From assembly GCA_025060395.1 (NCBI GenBank), contig JANXCC010000007.1:3308-67307 (forward strand): a stretch of DNA of 64,000 bases. Reading direction: 5' to 3'. The position numbers and the translations under genes are program-made. Below the pieces are notes generated by a model. It was not told where the DNA came from and ran no database searches. It was given only the letters and a program-made list of their open reading frames with translations. Of this stretch, positions 46,140 to 54,268 are shown piece by piece. Every line of letters starts with the position of its first letter. The stretch's first letter is position 1. Source of the stretch: Candidatus Bipolaricaulota bacterium. Lineage in GTDB: Bacteria > Bipolaricaulota > Bipolaricaulia > RBG-16-55-9 > DRXL01.

Positions 46140-46292
46140 GGCAGGGTCTCCTCCTCTCTGGCTCAGATAAGTCTATCCTCCTCCCCATCAAGGAGCAAGT
46201 GCCCGCGAGGAGCCGCAACGAAAACTTCGATGCCAAGGGCACGAGGCGATATAGGTTACTCTCTGGGGTGATCAAGATCACACGCACACATC

Positions 46293-46321
46293 TTGACACA
46301 AAAAAATTTTTGCTCTATACT
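46293..46321 (+). promoter_or_regulatory. consensus sigma-70-type promoter
   Basis: TTGACA (46293-46298), 17-nt spacer, TATACT (46316-46321). It drives a ~225-nt leader and a small ORF. Confidence 0.55.
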
Positions 46322-46554
46322 CACATTGGATACCTTACACATGGTGGTGCATAGCGAGGATGAACAGAGGATCATCAAAGCCTGGAGAGATCGAGCCAAG
46401 ATCTCTCTCCGTGAGCTACGTAGGTGCACCACGCTCAGCCTCCTGTCACCTTCTCTCTCCTTCCTCGGGGAAAATCTCTTGGACTGCGGCCATTTCCTCT
46501 GCGCTGATCACTCTATGAACCCCATACCCTTACTACGGAGGAGGTGACAGACGA

Positions 46555-46626
46555 ATGCCGGCGAAGAAAGCAGCCACCAAGAAGAAGACGACGACGGCGA
46601 AGAAGACGGCGAAGAAGAAGAAGTAA
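46555..46626 (+). CDS. 23-aa lysine-rich peptide (MPAKKAATKKKTTTAKKTAKKKK)
   Basis: The ATG is 10 nt after GGAGGAGG (46537-46544) and the stop is TAA 46624-46626. Two strong hairpins follow. It is too short for the ORF track. Confidence 0.45.
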   Translation: MPAKKAATKKKTTTAKKTAKKKK

Positions 46627-46634
46627 AGAGAGCA

Positions 46635-46669
46635 GCCCTCGACAAAGCTCTCCACCCCTTGTCGAGGGC
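46635..46669 (+). terminator. stem-loop 1 after the small ORF
   Basis: GCCCTCGACAA (46635-46645) pairs with TTGTCGAGGGC (46659-46669), giving an 11-bp stem and a 13-nt loop. Confidence 0.4.
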
Positions 46670-46677
46670 CGGATAGG

Positions 46678-46704
46678 AGGGGCGACCGGTCTCCGGTCGC
46701 CCCT
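46678..46704. terminator. GC-rich hairpin between convergent genes (possibly bidirectional terminator)
   Basis: AGGGGCGACCGG-TCT-CCGGTCGCCCCT is a 12-bp perfect stem followed by CTCTATTGT. It lies between the small ORF (+) and the dehydrogenase gene (-). Confidence 0.55.
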
Positions 46705-46719
46705 CTCTATTGTATCCCC

Positions 46720-47742
46720 CTAGGGGTGCAAGAGCAACTTTCCGAACTGTTCACGCTTTTCAAGCATCTCGTGCGCCCTGGCCGCCTCGGCGAGGGGAAA
46801 CGCCCCGGCTATCACAGGCTTGAGCTTGCTCGCCCACACTAAGTTCAATACCGTCTGAAGCTCGCGGCGCGTCCCCATCGTCGAACCCAAGATCTGCAGC
46901 TGCCTCCAGAAGACCAGGCGAATATCGGTCTCGCCCATCGGCCCAGCCGTCGCCCCGCAGGTAACTAGGCGCCCATTGCGCGCCAAGGCTCTCAAGCTCT
47001 TCTGCCATGTCGCCTGCCCAACACTCTCGATGACGACGTCCACACCGCGCTTGTTTGTGAGCTTCCAGACTTCTTTATCGAAGTCGGTCTTGGCATAGTT
47101 GATCACGATATCAGCCCCGAGTTCTTTCGCCTTGGCGAGCTTCTCGTCGGTGCTCGCGGCGGCGATGACCCGCGCGCCACAGAGCTTGGCAATTTGAATT
47201 GCTGCGCTGCCCACGCCGCTGCCCGCAGCTAAGACTAAGACGTCTTCGCCGGGTCTGACCTTGGCGCGGGTGACGACCATTCTCCAAGCCGTCATGAAGA
47301 CCAAGGGCACAGCAGCGGCTTCATCGAACGAGACGTGATCGGGGATCTTGATCACATTGCGCGCTGGAACTTTAACGAATTCGGCGTAGCCGCCGGGGGC
47401 GTGCTCTCCTAAGATCCCGTAACTCACACAAAGACTATCTTCGCCCATCTGGCAATACTCGCATTCCCCGCAGTTTAAGTTTGGGTTGAGCACGACGCGC
47501 TCGCCGACTTTTATGTCTTTGACCGCTGAGCCGACTCTTTCGACGACGCCGGCGACGTCGGCTCCGGGGATATGCGGGGGCTCGATGCCAGGAATGCCAC
47601 GCCGTATCCAAATATCCAAGTGATTGAGCGCGCAGGCCTTGACGCGCACCAGAACTTCGTTCTCTGAGATCTCGGGGGTGGGAATCTCTTCGAGCTTGAG
47701 CTTCTCCGGTCCGCCGTGCTCACGGATGACGATGGCTTTCAT
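46720..47742 (-). CDS. zinc-binding medium-chain dehydrogenase/reductase (alcohol dehydrogenase or quinone oxidoreductase family)
   Basis: 340 aa with a GroES-like N-domain carrying structural-zinc Cys residues (CGECEYCQMGEDSLC) and the Rossmann motif LAAGSGVGSAAIQ. Confidence 0.85.
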   Translation of the reverse strand: MKAIVIREHGGPEKLKLEEIPTPEISENEVLVRVKACALNHLDIWIRRGIPGIEPPHIPGADVAGVVERVGSAVKDIKVGERVVLNPNLNCGECEYCQMGEDSLCVSYGILGEHAPGGYAEFVKVPARNVIKIPDHVSFDEAAAVPLVFMTAWRMVVTRAKVRPGEDVLVLAAGSGVGSAAIQIAKLCGARVIAAASTDEKLAKAKELGADIVINYAKTDFDKEVWKLTNKRGVDVVIESVGQATWQKSLRALARNGRLVTCGATAGPMGETDIRLVFWRQLQILGSTMGTRRELQTVLNLVWASKLKPVIAGAFPLAEAARAHEMLEKREQFGKLLLHP

Positions 47743-47780
47743 AAATCCTCCTCAATTATTTTTTTGCTACAGTAGTTCTC

Positions 47781-48386
47781 TCAGAGCTGTACTCTTCCGG
47801 CCAGTGCCCGCGAGAGCGTTACTTCATCAGCGAATTCTAAGTCGCGCCCCACTGGAACCCCATGCGCAATCTGAGTAACTTTTATCCCCAAGGGCTTGAT
47901 CTTTCTTGCTAAATACATGGCTGTCGCTTCGCCCTCAACTTTCGGGTCGAGCGCGAGAATCACTTCTTGGACATTCCCCTTGCTCAAGCGCACGAGAAGC
48001 TCTTCGATATGGAGCTGCTCCGGCCCGATGCCGTTGACTGGCGAGAGCACCCCCCCTAAGACGTGATAGAGCCCGCGATATTCACGGGTCTTTTCGAGCT
48101 TCAACAGCTCTTGAGGATGGCTCACGACACAGATTACAGAAGAATCGCGCTGAGCATCCCGACAGATCTCGCACAGCTCGTGCTCGATCTCCGTGAAATT
48201 GAAGCACTCTTTGCAAGTACGGATCCTCTCCTTGACCTGAGCGATCGCTTGACTGAGCGACTCTAACTCTTCAGGGGGCTGCGCGAGCAAATAGAAGGCG
48301 AGGCGCTCGGCGGTCTTACGCCCGATGCTCGGTAGCTTCTGAAATTCTTTGATGAGATGCTCCAACGGCTCAGGATACTTGTCCAT
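47781..48386 (-). CDS. recR: recombination protein RecR
   Basis: 201 aa with a helix-hairpin-helix (LPSIGRKTAERLAF), a C4 zinc finger (CKECFNFTE...CEIC) and a Toprim domain. Confidence 0.95.
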   Translation of the reverse strand: MDKYPEPLEHLIKEFQKLPSIGRKTAERLAFYLLAQPPEELESLSQAIAQVKERIRTCKECFNFTEIEHELCEICRDAQRDSSVICVVSHPQELLKLEKTREYRGLYHVLGGVLSPVNGIGPEQLHIEELLVRLSKGNVQEVILALDPKVEGEATAMYLARKIKPLGIKVTQIAHGVPVGRDLEFADEVTLSRALAGRVQL

Positions 48387-48387
48387 T

Positions 48388-48720
48388 TTAGAAACCCAAG
48401 CCTGGAATATTGGGCAATCCTAACTGCCCCATGATGCTTGCCATCTCCCGCTGCGCGAGCTCTTTCGATTTTGCTTGCGCTTCTTTAATCGCTGCTAAAA
48501 TCAAGTCTTCCAGCATCTCGATATCATTGGGATCAACGACTTCTTTGGAGATTTGAATATCAACGATCTCCTCTCGACCGTTGGCGATTACTTTCACCAT
48601 GCCCCCTCCTGACGACGCTTCAACCCGCAAGTTCGCCAGCTCCTGCTGCTTCCGCTCCATGAGCTCCTGCATCTTCCTGATCTGTTTCATTGCTTCTTTC
48701 ATGCCCCCGGGGAATTGCAT
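48388..48720 (-). CDS. ybaB: YbaB/EbfC-family nucleoid-associated protein
   Basis: 110 aa with [18 protein letters not shown]...[14 protein letters not shown]...I. It holds the conserved position between dnaX and recR. Confidence 0.9.
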   Translation of the reverse strand: MQFPGGMKEAMKQIRKMQELMERKQQELANLRVEASSGGGMVKVIANGREEIVDIQISKEVVDPNDIEMLEDLILAAIKEAQAKSKELAQREMASIMGQLGLPNIPGLGF

Positions 48721-48741
48721 AGTTCCTCCTTATTTTGTATT

Positions 48742-50211
48742 CTACGAGACGATCTCGCCCCCAAACGTCTTCTTCAAGAGCTCGGCTTTCTCGCGTATCT
48801 CCGCGCTCTTGCTCTTGCGCCGCGGCGTAGATTCTGTTGCCTGCGTAAACGCGATCTCAACCCGACGCACCCCGTAGACCCGGGCGACAACCTCTTCAAG
48901 ATATTGGTGATGTTTCTCTAAACTCTCTTTGTGAAAAGTATGCTGCGGGTCGTACTCGATGCGCAATGCCTCGGGGAGTTCGACAGGATGAGCATCAAGC
49001 AAGAGCGCATGGATGGTGCCACGCCGATCACGCTTGACTTCGTTGAGAAGCTGTGTCCATCGATCTGGCGACGGGGTGGGTGTCGCGCTAGACCCCCTCT
49101 CATCGTGCGCTTTTTTTATGGACTTTTCTTTTGATGGCTTTGTCTCTTTGCTCACAGAGGGGAGTGCTGCGAGTTCTAATGCTTTGACCTCAAGCAAGAT
49201 ACGCTTCTCCCAGGCGCGCCCCAGCTCGCGCTTGAGATTTAAAAGCTGAGTGCTCAGTGCGATGAGCGCCTCAAGAGCTACCCCATCCATCGGCGGATGA
49301 CCATCGATATGGGCGATGATCCAATCGCGCGTCTGCTCGATCAGTTCGTCTACAAAGAGCTCTAAGTCCTTGCCGCGATCCGCCAGATCCGCGATGATCT
49401 CGAGGGCCTTGCGACCTTGATGCTCGAGCAAGGCCTTTAAAAACTCGGTCACGGTCTCCTCGCTGGCTAAGCCCATGATCTCGTACAGATCCTGCTCTTC
49501 GATGCGTGCCGAGCCTTTGTACGAAGCCAGTTGCTCGAGCATCACGATGGCATCGCGCAGGGCCCCGCGCGCCCGGTACGCAATCGCCGTGAGCACTTTC
49601 GGACTGGCATTGATCCTCTCGGCTTTACAGATCTCTGCGAGACGCTTCTCGATACGCTCAGGGGGCAGAAGTTTCAGTTCGAACGCTTGGCATCGACTCA
49701 CTATAGTCAAGGGGACTTTGTGGGGCTCCGTTGTAGCAAAGATAAAGATCACGTGCCGCGGCGGCTCTTCCAAGGTCTTTAAGAGCGCATTGAACGCTTC
49801 GTTGGTGAGCATGTGCACCTCGTCGATGATATAGACTTTATATTTGGCTTCGGCGGGGACGAAGTTCACCTCTTCTCGGAGCTGCCGGATCTGGTCGATG
49901 CCGCGGTTGCTGGCACCGTCGATCTCGATGACATCGAGGGCGTTGCCGCGCGTGATCTTCTTGCACATATCGCACTGATTGCACGGCTCGCCTCCCTGGG
50001 GATTGGTACAGTTGACGGCTTTCGCGAAGATGCGCGCTATCGAGGTCTTGCCGACGCCGCGCGGGCCGGCCAGCAGATACGCATGAGCAATCTGGCCGGA
50101 GAGCACGGCATTCTGTAAAGTGCGCACCGTGTATTCTTGGTGGACGACGTCGGCGAAGCGTTGGGGACGCCACTTGCGATAGAGCGCTTGGTACTCGTGG
50201 GCTTCGGTCAT
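48742..50211 (-). CDS. dnaX: DNA polymerase III subunits gamma/tau
   Basis: The true start MTEAHEYQALYRKWRPQRF is at ATG 50211, because the track's N-terminal extension translates a tRNA. It has GPRGVGKTS, a zinc module (CTNPQGGEPCNQCDMC) and DEVHML. Confidence 0.9.
   Translation of the reverse strand: MTEAHEYQALYRKWRPQRFADVVHQEYTVRTLQNAVLSGQIAHAYLLAGPRGVGKTSIARIFAKAVNCTNPQGGEPCNQCDMCKKITRGNALDVIEIDGASNRGIDQIRQLREEVNFVPAEAKYKVYIIDEVHMLTNEAFNALLKTLEEPPRHVIFIFATTEPHKVPLTIVSRCQAFELKLLPPERIEKRLAEICKAERINASPKVLTAIAYRARGALRDAIVMLEQLASYKGSARIEEQDLYEIMGLASEETVTEFLKALLEHQGRKALEIIADLADRGKDLELFVDELIEQTRDWIIAHIDGHPPMDGVALEALIALSTQLLNLKRELGRAWEKRILLEVKALELAALPSVSKETKPSKEKSIKKAHDERGSSATPTPSPDRWTQLLNEVKRDRRGTIHALLLDAHPVELPEALRIEYDPQHTFHKESLEKHHQYLEEVVARVYGVRRVEIAFTQATESTPRRKSKSAEIREKAELLKKTFGGEIVS
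49100..49119 (-). other. candidate -1 recoding (or transcriptional slippage) site in dnaX
   Basis: The zero frame reads ATA AAA AAA GCG, with the A7 run on the plus strand as T 49111-49117. The -1 frame reads AGC GCA CGA TGA, so a stop (49100-49102) comes three codons after the run, at codon ~367 of 489. Confidence 0.45.
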
Positions 50212-50219
50212 AAAAGTAG

Positions 50220-50291
50220 TCGGAGAGGCCGGATTTGAACCGGCGACCTCTTGGTCCCAAACCAAGCGCGCTGCCACTGCGCCACTCTCCG
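50220..50291 (-). tRNA. tRNA-Pro (anticodon UGG)
   Basis: It folds as a cloverleaf: CGGAGAG-TG-GCGC-AGTGGCA-GCGC-G-CTTGG-TTTGGGA-CCAAG-AGGTC-GCCGG-TTCAAAT-CCGGC-CTCTCCG-A. All four stems are Watson-Crick, G37 is present and CCA is not encoded. Confidence 0.9.
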
Positions 50292-50301
50292 AGCGCAAAT
50301 T

Positions 50302-50330
50302 ATTATAGTTTCTGCGGGAGTGCCCGTCAA
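50302..50330 (-). promoter_or_regulatory. sigma-70-type promoter of tRNA-Pro (and probably dnaX-ybaB-recR)
   Basis: On the reverse strand: TTGACG (50330-50325), 17-nt spacer, TATAAT (50307-50302). The -10 box ends 10 nt upstream of the tRNA 5' end. Confidence 0.55.
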
Positions 50331-50376
50331 CCCTGGAGGGGTTGCTAGGCAGCTCACTACAAGATAGGATCAGAGC

Positions 50377-52221
50377 GTGGTCTGCTGGGAGGCGAAGATA
50401 AAGGCTCTACCGGCGGAGCCCGGGGTCTATCTCTTCAAGGGCGCCCAGGGTGAGATTCTCTATATTGGGAAGGCCGCGTCCCTCAAAGATCGGATACGCT
50501 CGTACTTCCAGCCCACAGATAACCCCAAGATCCAGCGCCTCATGCGCGACGCCGTAGATTTTGAATATATCGTCACGCGCAGTGAACGCGAGGCCCTCCT
50601 CCTTGAAGCGACGCTCATTAAGCATCATCAGCCGCGCTACAATATCCGTCTCAAGGACGACAAGCGCTATCCGTATATTAAGATCACAGCCGAACCCTTC
50701 CCGCGGCTAGAGGTGGCGCGGCGCGGCGCGCGCGACGGCAGATATTTCGGTCCATATACAAACAGCGAGGCTGTGCGCGAAACGATAAGAATTTTGCAAA
50801 AGATCTTTCGATTGCGCACGTGTGCCCTAGATCTCACGAAGATCCCGGCGCGGCAGCGCCCGTGCTTGGATCACTATATTGGGCTGTGCGATGCCCCCTG
50901 CGTCGGCGCAATCACTCAAGAAGAGTACGACAAACTCGTCGAGGAAGCGACGCTCTTTTTGCGCGGGCGCAAGGACGAGCTCATCGAGGAGCTACGCGCG
51001 CGTATGGTCGAAGCGTCTGAGCGCCTAGAGTTTGAGCGTGCGGCACGGCTGCGCGATCAGATTGCGACTTTGGAAAAGCTCTTTGCCGGAGAGCGCGAGT
51101 TGTGCCCTCGTCCTGTCGAACGCGATCTGATCGGCTACGCCCTGGGCGACGGGATAGCGTGTGTGCAGGTCTTCTTTGTTCGCCGAGGCAAACTCATAGG
51201 TCGCGAGAGCGTCTTCGTCGAAGCTCCGGCCGACACAAGCCCGTCCGAACTGCTCACAGCGTTCGTCACGCAATACTATGGCAAGAGTGAGCAGATTCCC
51301 AAAGAGATTCTTGTGCCCTGCGATTTAGAAGAACCGGACGCGATTGTGCAGTGGCTTTCGGAGCGCCGCAAGGGCTCGGTTGCGCTCAAGGTGGTTAGGC
51401 GCGGGCCGACGCGCCAGCTCTTAGACTTAGTGGCGCATAATGCCGAGCTGGCCTTACGCGAGCGCGCCAAGCTCCCCTCAGCGTCCGATGATGCGCTCCA
51501 GGAGCTCCAACAGGTCTTAGGGCTGCCAGCCCTGCCTCGGCGCATCGAAGCTTATGATATTTCAAATCTCTTTGGTCAGCATGCGGTGGGCTCGATGATC
51601 GTCTTCTGGGATGGTGCGCCCAAGAGATCCGAGTATCGTCGGTTTCAGATCCAGACCGTCTCAGGGGTTGACGACTGTGCGATGATCGCTGAGGTGCTGA
51701 GGCGGCGTGTCGAGCGGGCGCTCGGGGGTGATGAGCGATTTCTGCCTCTGCCCGATCTGATTCTCGTCGATGGGGGCATTGGGCAGCTCAGCGCGGCGCG
51801 TGCGATCCTGCGCCAGCAGGGCTTAGAGCAGATCCCCGCAATCGCATTAGCCAAGGAGCATGAGCACGTTTTCGTAGGGAACCGGGCACACCCCCTCGTG
51901 CTCTCGCGGCAGTCCCCGGCGTTACAGCTGCTGCAAAGAATTCGCGATGAGGCCCATCGCTTCGCAGTGGCCTATCATCGAGTGGTGCGCCGCAAGAGAT
52001 TTTTGGAGTCAGTTCTTGATAAGATCGAGGGTCTTGGGCCAGCGCGTAAGCAGAAGCTCTTTGAGCGTTTTGGCTCGTTGCAGGGGATCAAGCGAGCGAG
52101 TGTAGCTCAGCTCCGGGAGGTTCTCCCTGCTCAGGTGGCGCAGCGGCTCTATGAGGCCCTGCATGTCCCATCATCTCCAGCCACACCGTCACTGTCTGAT
52201 CGGACTGATGGCTGCTCCTGA
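50377..52221 (+). CDS. uvrC: excinuclease ABC subunit C
   Basis: 614 aa with a GIY-YIG domain (PGVYLFKGAQGEILYIGKA), a UVR domain (FERAARLRDQI), an endonuclease V-like domain and a C-terminal (HhH)2. Confidence 0.9.
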   Translation: MVCWEAKIKALPAEPGVYLFKGAQGEILYIGKAASLKDRIRSYFQPTDNPKIQRLMRDAVDFEYIVTRSEREALLLEATLIKHHQPRYNIRLKDDKRYPYIKITAEPFPRLEVARRGARDGRYFGPYTNSEAVRETIRILQKIFRLRTCALDLTKIPARQRPCLDHYIGLCDAPCVGAITQEEYDKLVEEATLFLRGRKDELIEELRARMVEASERLEFERAARLRDQIATLEKLFAGERELCPRPVERDLIGYALGDGIACVQVFFVRRGKLIGRESVFVEAPADTSPSELLTAFVTQYYGKSEQIPKEILVPCDLEEPDAIVQWLSERRKGSVALKVVRRGPTRQLLDLVAHNAELALRERAKLPSASDDALQELQQVLGLPALPRRIEAYDISNLFGQHAVGSMIVFWDGAPKRSEYRRFQIQTVSGVDDCAMIAEVLRRRVERALGGDERFLPLPDLILVDGGIGQLSAARAILRQQGLEQIPAIALAKEHEHVFVGNRAHPLVLSRQSPALQLLQRIRDEAHRFAVAYHRVVRRKRFLESVLDKIEGLGPARKQKLFERFGSLQGIKRASVAQLREVLPAQVAQRLYEALHVPSSPATPSLSDRTDGCS

Positions 52222-52270
52222 TGAGACCTCTCCCCTTGAGGGATGAGCCGAGCTGGCGTAGGTTCGAAAG

Positions 52271-52666
52271 ATGATCTCTATGACTCCGGTGAAGCTATTG
52301 CGAGCGGATACGGAAGGAATTTGGTGCTGGGGGTGGTTAGGGGAGCTGGGTGTGCGGAAGCGGTATGGGCGTGGGGAATGGATTCATGGAGGGCACGATG
52401 CGCCGGATGCGATCTATCTTGTGTACAGTGGGCGAGTAGGGGTTGCTTTGGGGGGAGCGGGGGCGGTTATGGGGGCTGGTGATTGGTTTGGGGAGCTCTT
52501 TTTGGATGACGAGCTGAGGGGGAGTTATTTAGCGCGGGCGTTGGAGGAGAGCGAGGTTTGGGTTGTGCGGCGGGAGCGATTCAGTGAAGTATTACGGGAG
52601 AAGGGCTTGGGGAGGTTGCGGGGGGTGATTGGGTACAAGCGCGATCTCATCCTTGTTTTCAAATAG
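52271..52666 (+). CDS. stand-alone cyclic-nucleotide-binding-like domain protein
   Basis: 131 aa. The stretch ...IYLVYSGRVGVAL...GDWFGELFL...ARALEESEVWVV resembles a cNMP-binding beta-roll. No DNA-binding or effector domain follows. Confidence 0.45.
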   Translation: MISMTPVKLLRADTEGIWCWGWLGELGVRKRYGRGEWIHGGHDAPDAIYLVYSGRVGVALGGAGAVMGAGDWFGELFLDDELRGSYLARALEESEVWVVRRERFSEVLREKGLGRLRGVIGYKRDLILVFK

Positions 52667-52746
52667 TAGGAATCCAGTCTTTCGTCTCAGGCTAGCTTTT
52701 TCTTTGAGACTCACTCCATCCCTGCCGGGTGCGGTGCTCTCCTGAT

Positions 52747-52867
52747 CGCAACACAACACACTAGTCCAATTAAAAGCTCGGCGAGCGAGCTTTCATCTAT
52801 GGCTGCTCGCTTACGTTTCAATACCACACTGGTCCAATTAAAAGATTGAACCAGTGTGGTATTGAAA
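52747..52867. repeat. CRISPR-like 30-nt repeat: one intact copy, one degenerate direct copy 68 nt away, one inverted partial copy
   Basis: The intact copy is GTTTCAATACCACACTGGTCCAATTAAAAG (52815-52844), whose reverse complement ends ATTGAAAC. In 52747-52776 the last 20 nt match at 19/20. The 18 nt at 52850-52867 are the exact reverse complement of 52816-52833, forming an 18-bp hairpin. Confidence 0.5.
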
Positions 52868-54267
52868 TGGTGGGAGTAGTGCGTTATAATTCCGCCGTGA
52901 ATCAGCAGGATGCCGATATCGAAACCACAGAACAAATACGTCCTAACCCAAATCCCATCGTCCCCCCCAACAACGTCCAAGTCCCCGGCCTCGCCGGCGC
53001 ACGCCTTGCTAAAACCTTCCGCGCCCTCCGCCATAGAAACTACCGGCTCTTCTGGACCGGCCAGCTCATCTCCCTCACTGGCACCTGGATGCAGTCTGTA
53101 GCCCAAGGTTGGCTCGTCTACTTGTTGACTAAGTCGGCCCTGCACCTAGGCCTCGTCAGCTTCTCTCAGTCTTTACCCGTCTTGCTCTTCACCCTCTTGG
53201 GCGGCGTCGCCGCCGACCGCTTCGACCGCCAGCGATTAGTCCTGAGCACCCAGAGCGCCTCCCTCACCCAGGCCGCCCTCTTGGCCCTGCTCACCCTCAG
53301 CGGAACCATCCAGATCTGGCATATCATCGCTCTCGCCTTTCTCTTGGGGACGATCAACGCCCTCGACACCCCCGCACGCCAGTCGCTCATCCACGAGCTC
53401 GTCTCCAAAGAGGACTTGATGAACGCTATTGCCTTGAACTCGACAGCCTTCAACAGCACGCGCATCATCGGCCCAGCCCTCGCCGGAACGCTCCTGGGAG
53501 CGCTGAGCACCTGGATCAGCTCACACTATGCGCTCGACAGCGACGCCGCGACGCGGATCGCCATTGGCGTCTGCTTCGCCCTTAACGCCCTGTCATACGT
53601 GGCTGTGATCGTGGGACTGCTGCGGATGGATCGTCCCTCATCCGCCCCGCACACCAATCACGAATCGGTCTGGCAGAGCCTGTGGACCGGGCTCACCTAC
53701 GCCCGCCGCGACCAGAGGGTGCTCGCGCTGCTCTGCCTGATGGGGGTGTCCAGCGTCTTCGGGTTCTCGTATGTAACCGTCTTGCCTCTCTACGCCGGGG
53801 AGATCTTGAAGGTCGGTCCTCAGGGCTACGGGCTCCTAATGGCGGGGGCAGGGGTGGGAGCGCTCTCCGGAGCGCTGATCTTAGCATCTTTAGGGAATTA
53901 TCAGCGCAAGGGCTTTCTGCTCACGATAGGGAATTTTGTCTTCCCTGTGATGCTCTTGATCTTTGCGCAATCCACGCTCTTCCCCCTCTCCCTGATTGCC
54001 CTGGCGGGATTTGGCTGGGGATTGATCACTCAGAACGCGCTCGTGAATACGCTATTGCAGACGATTGTGCCAGGGGAGCTGCGCGGACGGATCCTCAGCC
54101 TCTATACGCTGATGTTTCTAGGAATGCTCCCCCTTGGGAGTTTGCAAGTGGGGATCATCGCCGAGCGATTTGGGGCTCCTACGGCCCTCACCCTGGGAGC
54201 TTTCGTCTGCCTGAGCTTTGGGCTCTTCGTCTGGTGGCGCTGGCCGCATGTGCGGCGCTTGGCGTAG
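52867..54267 (+). CDS. MFS transporter (12-TM)
   Basis: Hydrophobic 12-TM pattern with FRALRHRNYRLFWTGQLISLTGTWMQ at the start of TM1. The start is uncertain (ATG 52867, or TTG 52846 in the track). Confidence 0.75.
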   Translation: MVGVVRYNSAVNQQDADIETTEQIRPNPNPIVPPNNVQVPGLAGARLAKTFRALRHRNYRLFWTGQLISLTGTWMQSVAQGWLVYLLTKSALHLGLVSFSQSLPVLLFTLLGGVAADRFDRQRLVLSTQSASLTQAALLALLTLSGTIQIWHIIALAFLLGTINALDTPARQSLIHELVSKEDLMNAIALNSTAFNSTRIIGPALAGTLLGALSTWISSHYALDSDAATRIAIGVCFALNALSYVAVIVGLLRMDRPSSAPHTNHESVWQSLWTGLTYARRDQRVLALLCLMGVSSVFGFSYVTVLPLYAGEILKVGPQGYGLLMAGAGVGALSGALILASLGNYQRKGFLLTIGNFVFPVMLLIFAQSTLFPLSLIALAGFGWGLITQNALVNTLLQTIVPGELRGRILSLYTLMFLGMLPLGSLQVGIIAERFGAPTALTLGAFVCLSFGLFVWWRWPHVRRLA

Positions 54268-54268
54268 C

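Noticed and set aside
46293-46547. An 84-aa ORF (or 68 aa from ATG 46341) covering the leader upstream of the Lys-rich peptide.
   Set aside because: The track start is a TTG inside the -35 box. The ATG at 46341 has no Shine-Dalgarno. The product (rich in S, L, R and C) looks like non-coding translation, and the region folds into nested helices. It remains an alternative reading and is mentioned in the finding.
46328-46554. A known structured RNA (SRP/4.5S, 6S, tmRNA, RNase P or a common riboswitch) in this leader, or upstream of dnaX at 50292-50376.
   Set aside because: I looked for the conserved cores (SRP GGAAGCAGCC-type helix 8, RNase P GAGGAAAGTCC, the tmRNA tag region) and did not find them. 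A covariance-model scan is needed to be sure.
48742-50298. The track's 518-aa dnaX ORF with an N-terminal extension (MRSESGAVAARLVWDQEVAGSNPASPTTF...).
   Set aside because: The first 29 codons are a translation of tRNA-Pro on the same strand (VAGSNP comes from the T-arm GGTTCAAATCC). The real start is ATG 50211.
52747-52867. Calling this a bona fide CRISPR array.
   Set aside because: There are only two direct copies, one half-degenerate, plus an inverted partial copy 5 nt away. No cas genes are in the window. I kept it as a repeat feature and a finding, not as a CRISPR.
52711-53145. A 144-aa minus-strand ORF.
   Set aside because: It lies antisense to the 5' part of the MFS gene and runs through the repeat and hairpin region. 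It has no RBS and no recognisable family.
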